Shown here: in pieces, positions 51,003 to 58,906 of the stretch
Position numbering within the stretch: position 1 is the stretch's first letter
Layout of the letters: each line of letters opens with the position of its first letter
DNA from: Chiloscyllium plagiosum
Lineage: Eukaryota
NCBI RefSeq assembly: GCF_004010195.1
Contig: NC_057720.1
Location: forward strand, 22,651,499-22,710,404
Reading direction: 5' to 3'
Length of the DNA: 58,906 nt
Notes under the pieces: model-generated
Database searches by the model: none
What the model was told of the DNA's origin: nothing
Seen by the model: the letters and a program-made list of their open reading frames with translations, nothing else
Position numbers and translations under genes: made by a program

Positions 51003-52282
51003 GGTAAAACAGGGCTGAGCCAGGTCGGTTTCATCATGCCTGACAACTCTGTTAGAATTCTTTGAGAGGGTAATGAGCAAGTTAAGCAAAGTAAAACCAG
51101 TAGGAATGATCTACTTGGATTTCCAGAAGGTCTTTGACAAGGTGCTGCACAGGAGACTGCTAAATAAGATAAGAGCCCATAATGTGAGGAGCAAGGTACA
51201 GGCATAGATAGATGATTGGCTGACTGGCAGGAAGCAGAGCGTGGGGATAAAGGCGTCACTTTTAGGATGGCAGCTGGTGAGCAGTGGAGTTCCACAAGGA
51301 TCAGTGTTGGGACCACAACTAATCATTTTATATATTAATGGTTTGGACGAAGGGTAATGTTGCTAAGTTTGCAGATAGCACCAAGGTAGGTGGACCATCA
51401 AGTAGGGTTGAGAAAGCTAGAAGGCTGCAGAAGGACTTGGGCAGGTTAGGATAGTGGGCAAAGAAGCGGCAGATGGAATACAGTGGGGGAAAGTGTGAGG
51501 CTATGCACTTTGGTAGAAAGGATAGATTTATAAACTATTTTCTAAATGGGGAAAGGCTTCAGAAATCTGAAGCACAAAGGGATTTGGGAGTTCGAGTTCA
51601 GGATTCTCCTAAGGTTAACATGCGGGTTCAGTCAGCAGTCAGGAAGATAAATGCAATGTTAGCATTCATTTCAAGAGGGCTAAAATACAAGAGCAGAGGT
51701 GTACTGTTGAGGCTGTTTAAGGCTTTGGTCAGACTGCACTTGGAGTATGATGAGCAGGTTTGGGCCCCATATCTATGGAAGGATGTACCGGCATTGGAGA
51801 GGGTCCAGAGGAGGTTTATGAGAAGGTTCTTGGGGATGAAAGGCCTGTTGCATGAGAATTATTTGAGGACAGTGGGTCTGTACTCAATAGGGCTTACAGT
51901 TTGAGGGGGTATCTTAATGAGACTTACAGAATACGGAGAGGCCTAGATAGAGTCGACATGAAGAAGATGTTTGCGCTGGTAGAGAGATTAGGACCTGAGG
52001 GCACAGCTCAGGGTGGAGCAATGACCCTTTTGAGCTGAAATGACGAGGAATTTCCTCAGCTGGAGGATGGTGAATCTGTGGAACTCATGGCTGCTGAAGG
52101 TTGTGGAGGCCAAGTCACTGAGTGTATTTAAGACAGACATAGACAGGTTCTTGATTGGTAATGCATCAAGGGTTATGGAGAGAAGGCAGGAGTATGGGGT
52201 TGAGAAACATATCAGCCATGGTCAAATGGTGGAGCAGACCTGATGGGCCAAATGGTCTATCTCTGCCCCTACACCTTATGGC
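51003..52282 (+). mobile_element. CR1 LINE, RT to 3' end
   Basis: [33 protein letters not shown] and LWNSW motifs, plus tail. Confidence 0.92.
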
Positions 52283-52876
52283 CATATGGACCTATAGCAT
52301 ACTTTGGTTCAGGGCACTGAATGTCATTTTTTTTGTTGTGTTCTTAATATAGGCAGATGGCATAACGCCATTTGGATATATATCAAGCTTTCTGCCAGAA
52401 GTCAGCACAGTTGTTTTAACTTAAGGGCATACAATGTTGTAATTAGTCAGTTATTATTAAGCAGGCACAGGGAGTGCATTTACAGGTTAAAATATCTTAA
52501 TTCTATTCACAGTATGGACATTCTGGGTGATTCAATTCCTCTTGGCTTCCTGAATGCCTCAAAGACCTGAAAGATCTTTATGAAATGATTACTTTTAGCT
52601 GATTCACTTCTTTTAGCTTTAATTCAGTGTGGGTTCCACTAAGCTCGATGTGAATGAGGACAGAGGAATTTCTGAGGTAGTCTGGAATGCATTCCCATCC
52701 TCCATATGCCCACAAACAGCTGCTGAGGTATGGAGGGTTGGACATGGAGGAGAGTAATAACAGATACACACGTTTCTAATGTTCGACCAATGAATGTTTT
52801 TTTCAACGTAAACAAGTAAAAGAAGCATCCAATTCCTCTATGTTTTCTTTCCTAGGAGATTGTATAATAAAGATGT

Positions 52877-53043
52877 TAAAAACAATGACTGCAGATGCTG
52901 GAAACCAGATTCTGGATCAGTGGTGCTGGAAGAGCACAGCAATTCAGGCAGCATCCGAGGACAGGCAAAATCGACGTTTCGGGCAAAAGCCCTTCATCAG
53001 GAATAAAGGCAGAGAGCCTGAAGCGCCGAAACGTCGATTTTGC
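52877..53043 (-). mobile_element. Penelope-derived insertion, same family as 30748-30914
   Basis: Near-identical reverse complement of 30785-30912, plus an 18-nt inverted arm (53026-53043 versus 52965-52982). Confidence 0.88.
52973..53000 (-). ncRNA. Minimal type I hammerhead ribozyme motif
   Basis: CUGAUGA-A-GGGC(uuuu)GCCC-GAAA-CG-UC, identical to 30788-30815. Confidence 0.8.
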
Positions 53044-53780
53044 ATTTATAATCATCTGGAAAGGAATAATTTGATTAGAGATAGTCAACACAGTTTTGTG
53101 AAGGGTAGGGCATGCTTCACTAACCTTATTGAGTTCTTCCAGCAGATGACAAAACAGGTGAATGAAGGTAAGGCAGTTGATGTGATGTATATGGACTTCA
53201 GTAAGGTGTTTGATAAGGTTCCACATGTTAGGCTATTGCACAAAATACTGAGTTTCAAGATTGAAAGTGATTTAGCGGTCTGGATCAGACATTGGTGAGC
53301 TGAAAGAAGACAGAGGGTGGCGGTTGATGGGAAGCTCATCCTGGAGCTCAGTTACCAGTGGTATGCAGTAAGGTTCTGTTTTGGGGCCATTGCTGTTTGT
53401 CATTTTTATAAATAATCTGGAGCTGGGCATAGAAGGATAGGTTAGTAAATTTGCTGATGACATTAAGGTAGGCAGAGTTGTGGATGGTGCTGAAGTATGT
53501 TGTAGGTTACAGAGAGACATAGATGAGATGCAGAGCTGGGCTGAGAAGTGGCAAATGGAGTTTAATGCAGAAAAGTATGAGGTAGTTCACTTCAGAATAA
53601 ATAACAGGAACACAGAGTACTGGGCTAATGGTAAAATTCTTGGCAGAGCATTTAAATGGGCACTGGACATACATATGGACAATAATGGAACGGTGTAGGT
53701 TAGATGGGCATCAGATTAATTTCATAGGTCAGCGCAATATCGAAGGCCTAAGAGCCTGTACTGCGCTGTAACATTCTCAG
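53044..53780 (+). mobile_element. CR1 LINE RT fragment joined to its 3' tail by an internal deletion
   Basis: SQHSFVKGRACFTNLIEFF, YMDFSKVFDKVPH, KFADD and KWQMEFN motifs, with a jump near 53645. Confidence 0.88.
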
Positions 53781-54001
53781 TTCCTGAATTAATTCTGTCC
53801 TCCGACATGTTTGAATTTTATTCACATGACCATTAGTAGCCGTACTATCAGCTACTTAGCTTCAAGCTCTAGAATACACAGCCTAAATCTCTCCATATCT
53901 TTCTCCTCTAAGACTCTTGAAACATCTCTTTTCAACTAAGACTTTTAGTCATCAGGGGAAGCAATGGCACAACGGTGTTATCATTGGACTGTTAATCCAG
54001 A

Positions 54002-54498
54002 GGAGCTTTCCACATCCATCAAAGTTTTACCTGCACATCCACTAATATCATTTATTGTATCCGTTGCTCCCGATGCGGTCTCCTCTACATTGGGGGGACT
54101 GGGCGCCTCCTAGCAGAGCGCTTTAGGGAACATCTCAGAGACACCCGCATCAATCAACCAAATCGCCCCGTGGCTCAACATTTCAACTCCCCCTCCCACT
54201 CTGCCGAGGATATGGAGGTGCTGGGCCTCCTCCACCGCCGCTCCCTCACCACCAGACGCCTGGAGGAAGAACGCCTCATCTTCTGCCTCGGAACACTTCA
54301 ATCCCAGGGCATCAATGTGGATTTCAACAGTTTCCTCATTTCCCCTTCCCCCACCTCATCCTAGTTTCAAACTTGCAGCTCCGCACTGTCCCCTTGACCT
54401 GTCCGGACTTGTCCGACCTGCCCAGCTCCTTTTCCACCTATCCACTCCACCCTCTCCTCCCTGACCTATCACCTTCATCTCCTTCCCCACTGACCTAA
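54002..54498 (+). mobile_element. Penelope-like element: open GIY-YIG endonuclease domain (54002-54364) plus C-rich 3'UTR
   Basis: Uninterrupted frame ...NIIYCIRCSRCGLLYIGGTGRLLAERFREH...VAQHF...RRLEEERLIFCLGTLQSQGINVDF* with the CCHH motif. Confidence 0.92.
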
Positions 54499-54547
54499 TA
54501 AAGATGTTGTCAATGGTTTAGAAAGGCTGTGCTTGATAGTCTTTTAA

Positions 54548-55000
54548 GTCAGAGATTTATACAGCACAGACACAGACCCACTTGGTCTAACTTGTCTCGG
54601 CCAACCAGACATCCTAAATTGAACTAGTCCCATCTGCCAATATCCTCTCAACCCTTCCTATTCATGTCTCCATCCAGAAGTCTTTTAAATGCTGTAATTG
54701 TACTAGCCTCCACCACCTCCTCTGACATCTTGCCCCATACACACACCACCTTCTGAGTGAAAGTATTTCCCCTCAGGTCTCTTTTATATCTTTCCCCCCT
54801 CACCTTAAACCTATGCCCTCTAGTTTTGGATTCCTCACCCCTGGTAAAAAGACCTTGGCTATTCATCCCATCCATGCTCCTCAGGATTTTATACACCTCT
54901 ATAAGGTCACCCCTCAGCCTCCTCCATTCTAAGGAAAAAGCCCCAGCCTCTTCAGCCTCTCCCTATAGCTCAAACCCTCCTACCCTAGCAATATCCTTGC
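54548..55000 (-). mobile_element. CR1 (HER1-like) 3' end
   Basis: YKILR...TRGHRFKVRG...TITAFKR translation and tail. Confidence 0.9.
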
Positions 55001-55070
55001 CTTCTTCTCATAACTTGACCCATCTTTGTAGCTTTACCATGCATTTGCAAAACATGTTCTGACAAATTTG

Positions 55071-55318
55071 GGGAGTTTGCACGTTCTCCCCATGTCTGCG
55101 TGGGTTTCCTCCGGGTGCTCCGGTTTCCTCCCACAGTCCAAAGATGTGCAGGTCAGGTGAATTGGCCATGCTAAATTGCCCGTAGTGTTAGGTATAGGGG
55201 TAAATGTAGGGGTATGGGTGGGTTGCGCTTCGGCGGGTCGGTGTGGACTTGTTGGGCCGAAGGGCCTGTTTCCATACTGTAATGTAATCTAATCTAATCT
55301 AATCTAATCTAAAAAAAA
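55071..55318 (+). mobile_element. Young 5'-truncated HE1 V-SINE
   Basis: Starts in the V domain, has a clean (AATCT)n tail plus A run, and retains CpGs. Confidence 0.93.
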
Positions 55319-55442
55319 TTAATACAGTAATAGCACAGCCTGGTCATTTAATTAGGAATCTACAGTCTAGAAAGTCACTAGTGAAGTTTAGTTAAGATCT
55401 AAAAGATTTTAAAATCATTCAGAGACAATACCTATATGGTTC

Positions 55443-55600
55443 AAAAACAAAAATAGCTGAAAAAGGTTAGCAGGTCTGGCAGCACGTATGGAGAGAAAGG
55501 AGAGTGAATGTTGCGGGTTCAGTGACCTTTCTTCAGAGGCTGCCAATACTGCTAATATTTTCCAGGAATTCCCTGCATCCGAAGTTCTTTGGTATTTTTT
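55443..55600. mobile_element. Decayed Penelope-derived hairpin fragment
   Basis: agcaggtctggcagc...ttcttcag then a short inverted arm gctgccaatactgct. Decayed core on minus at about 55507-55537. Confidence 0.65.
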
Positions 55601-56442
55601 CTTCTGTTTAGGTTATATGGCTGTTTTACAAATTGCTACACTATAAATTCATGACTTAGAGCATCCACTTTGGTGAAAGGTAACTGAGCAATGCGCTTTC
55701 ATAGGGGTTCTCCTGCAGAGCTGCTGAAACTCCAGAAAAAAAACATGAAACAATGGTTACATTATCCATTTTTCTCCAGGTTCTGCTTCTGTCTGAATAA
55801 AATTCTAGCCAGAGACAAGGAGACATTTTGTAGAAATTCACCCTGCAAAGTCTAATCACAGGAAGTTGTCATATGCCTAAATTGAGGAATATAGAAATTA
55901 TTTGCCATGAAACAGATGGTTGAGAAAGTTTTGTCTTCTGAAACAATTTCCTGACAGTACAACAAACCCAAAACTAACTTCTACATTCGACAGCCAATAT
56001 CGTATTTGTTTCATACTGTTCCAGTGTAGAAATTATTGTGTCATCTGTTGTCACTTTAATATTGCTATAACTTATAAATTTTAAACATTTTAAACATTTA
56101 TCTTACACTGGACTACGTAATGCTGCATTAAATCCATCTGGTTGTCTAAAGAATACACCACATGTATCTAGCCTAGAAACTGACAGAGATGGCAGGAGGG
56201 GACATGCAAATAGATGTGATGCTTAGAGATATTCAAAGCATTTGTCAAGTTAACAAGCATTCTAACTATTGAAGAAAATTAAAAGGTATGCAAATAAGGA
56301 GAGGATAATAAATTTGATTTAAAACTGGTTAGAAGGAGAGAAAATGAGAGTAGGAGTTAAATGTGGTTAAGTGAATGAAAGGTTCCTGTTTATAATCACT
56401 TCTTAAGATGTACATAAGACATTTGATTAAAATACTGATGAT

Positions 56443-56767
56443 GTTGCAAATGCAAAACAAACACAGAGAACTCTGGAGAAACTCAGTAGGTCTGGCAGCC
56501 TCTGCGATGAGAGAAACAACAGTTAACATTTTGATTCTGGTATGCCTCTTTCTCAGAACTCTCTCCCTAAGGTTATCAAAAATACAGGAGCAGAATTAAG
56601 CCATCTGGCCCATCAAGTCTGCTTCCCAATTCAATTCTGGCTTATATGTTTCTCAACCCAATTCTCCTGCCATCTCCCCACAACCCTTGATTCCCCTAAC
56701 GAATCACTTCTCCATAGATGCTACCAGACTTGCCAGAGTTTCTCCAGTTTTCTCTATGTTTGTTTTA
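56443..56767. mobile_element. Decayed Penelope-derived hairpin split by a CR1 tail (about 56578-56700, minus)
   Basis: Arms ctggagaaactcagtaggtctggcagc and gctaccagacttgccagagtttctccag. Confidence 0.7.
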
Positions 56768-56892
56768 AAATGTTTATAGAGCGAGAAGGATGTTCAAATA
56801 AACAAATAATACTTAAGTCAACAGGATAATAAATAATTTTGAGGTATATATCAACATGGTGGGCACATAGTATTAGGACCACTGTGAATAAG

Positions 56893-57212
56893 GTCATTTT
56901 TCCTGGGGTAGGGGAGTCCAAAACTATAGAGCATAGGTTTAAGATGAGAGGTGAATGATTTAAAAGTGACCTAAGGGCAATTTATTCACATAGAGGGTGG
57001 TATGTGTATGGAATGAGCTGCCAGAGGAAAAGGTGGAGGCTGGTACAATTACAGCATTTAAAGACATCTGGATGGGCACATGAATAGGAAGGTTTCAGAG
57101 GGACATGGGCCAAATGCTGGCAAATAGGACTAGATTAATTTAGAATAACTGGTTCATGTAGACGAGTTGGGCCAAAGGGTCTGTCTTCATACTGTACAGC
57201 CATATGACTCAA
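56893..57212 (+). mobile_element. CR1 (HER1-like) 3' end
   Basis: WNELPEE...ITAFKRHLD-coding sequence and tail. Confidence 0.88.
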
Positions 57213-57589
57213 TGTTCTTATGGTATGTGAACAGTTTTGAACAAAATCCCTCTTTATGTATTTTAATATCAATATAAATTAGTTTCAAAATACCAGTCAA
57301 GTAGAGAAAGTCAGAGGAGTTGGTCAGCTATGGCTGTTTGGAGAAATAAAAATAGGAAGACATGTACAGAGACAATTGAGATTAGCTTGATAGATGAGAG
57401 ACAGGCAATCATTTTGATACCAGCAGGCTTCAAAATATTAACAATAATTTCAATTGCTTGTCATTTTTCTTCCCACTCTGAATTCTAATCATCCTCGCTT
57501 GCAAATGAATAATCATCAGCAGACAAATTTAATGAATATAGTGCATATGCCGAAACAAAATATTTCATCATTAATTCTTTGAAGCAGAT

Positions 57590-57840
57590 TCAGAGAGGAC
57601 TGCTTTGTGCTACGGGTTAGGTGGTTCAGGAAATTCCTCCCAAACATTCTTTATCATTCCAAATCCCTCTCCTTTAAAAGCACTGTTAAAACTCACCTCT
57701 TTCACCATGCTGTAGGTAACCTCTTTTAATGTCTGTTCTTTTAGTTCAGCATCAATGTTTTTACAATTTTACCTTTTAGTGGCTTTGGGGCATTTTCTAT
57801 TTTAAAGGTAATCTTTAAATTCAAGTTAGTGTCATTGTAG
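57590..57840 (+). mobile_element. Old L2-like 3' end
   Basis: ctcctttaaaagcactgttaaaactcacctcttt (FKxxLKTHLF) and L2-type tail. Confidence 0.6.
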
Positions 57841-58102
57841 CTGTCACACCTTTAAATTCAATTTAATATCACCCTGGCACATTCTTTAAATTCAACTAAA
57901 TTAATAGCTGAAAATCCTCTCTCTATCCACTACAAGGCTGTCATGAAATGATTGTAGTTTTCATCCACAAGTTTAAGCCAGAATCCTTGATGTACTTCAT
58001 TGATTTACCCATTAGGAAAAATGTCACTCTCTGTCAAACCAAGCTAGTATCTCTCCCCTTGATTAGCTTAAAAATTTGACCATGTGAAATAAACCCACAA
58101 AT

Positions 58103-58420
58103 GGGCGGCACGGTGGCACAGTGGTTAGCACTGCTGCCTCACAGCACCAGAGACCTGGGTTCAATTCCCGCCTCAGGCGACTGACTGTGTGGAGTTTGCA
58201 CATTCTCCCCGTGTCTGCTTGGGTTTCCTCCGGGTGCTCCGGTTTCCTCCCACAGTCCAAAGATGTGCAGGTAAGGTGAATTGGCCATGCTAAATTGCCC
58301 GTAGTGTTAGGTAAGGGGTAAATGTCGGGGTCTGGGTGGGTTGCGCTTCGGCGGGTCGGTGTGGACTTGTTGGGCCGAAGGGCCTGTTTCCACACTGTAA
58401 TGTAATCTAATCTAATCTAA
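58103..58420 (+). mobile_element. Full-length young HE1 V-SINE
   Basis: A box TGGCACAGTGG, B box GGTTCAATTCC, V domain, HER1-like tail and (TCTAA)n. Confidence 0.96.
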
Positions 58421-58661
58421 AATTAAATTAACACTTTGTGATATAAGAATCACTGCTTATTTAAAAAGTATATAATGTGCCTTTTGGACAATTGTAGCTC
58501 AAAGTAGGACAAAGGTTGTGGCCACAATCTACGATTTCAAGTGCAAAATATATCCAAAAGAACAGAAAAGACAGGTTTCCATCTTAACTCATTTGTAAGC
58601 ATTTTTAATAAACTTGTTTTGACATGCTATGACCCACTTTTGGGCCAGGTAGGACTTAAAC

Positions 58662-58906
58662 CTTTATAAAAAATTTTAAAGTAAGGGAACACTTAGGAAG
58701 CAGCGATCATAATATGGTAGAGTTCAGTCTGCAGTTTGAAAGAGAGAAGGCAAAATCAGATGTAATGGTGTTACAGTTAAATAAAGGTAATTATGAGGGC
58801 ATGAGAGAGGAACTGATGAAAATAGACTAGAAGCAGAGCCTAGCAGGGAAGACAGTAGAGCAAAAATGGCAGGAGTTTGTGGGTATAATTGAGGACACAG
58901 TACAGA
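58662..58906 (+). mobile_element. CR1 ORF2 fragment running off the window
   Basis: EHLGSSDHNMVEF endonuclease end. Highly similar to 7368-7590. Confidence 0.9.

Larger units (their letters stand above)
27560..58906 (-). other. Probable dpyd intron 1 (partial)
   Basis: Upstream of exon 2. No exon-1-like sequence (MAPVLSKD...E plus donor) seen in the window. Inference from the exon assignment. Confidence 0.6.

Noticed and set aside
58103..58175. tRNA-like A and B boxes here and in other SINE heads
   Set aside because: They continue into SINE bodies and are not tRNA genes.
1..58906. miR-137, CRISPR arrays, rRNA or prokaryotic operons
   Set aside because: Mature miR-137 sequence not seen by eye, no regularly spaced repeat-spacer array, and the sequence is clearly vertebrate repeat-rich DNA.

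Overview
Eukaryotic genomic DNA, most likely a shark (inferred from HE1-type V-SINEs and HER1/CR1 LINEs). The only host coding sequence I can support is one 111-bp minus-strand exon (27449-27559) matching exon 2 of dihydropyrimidine dehydrogenase (dpyd). The rest of the window is therefore probably dpyd intron 1 (right) and intron 2 (left). These introns are packed with nested mobile-element debris: many CR1 LINEs (one with 5'UTR and a zinc-finger/GDSL-esterase ORF1), HE1 and other tRNA-derived SINEs, Rex1/Babar and L2 tails, decayed Harbinger transposase and Myb/SANT genes, and Penelope RT and GIY-YIG fragments. The most notable signal is about 15 minimal hammerhead-ribozyme-like cores (CUGANGA-helix II-GAAA-palindrome-UH) from at least four sequence families. 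Many sit in short fold-back insertions, five with 14-17 bp target-site duplications. Hammerheads in Penelope-like elements are established knowledge; the density, family-specific palindromes and self-sequestering arms inside a host pre-mRNA are what deserve testing. There is also a young 95-bp inverted duplication and a 300-N assembly gap inside one hairpin element. Boundaries of old repeats are approximate, and family names are recognised from memory, not from database searches.
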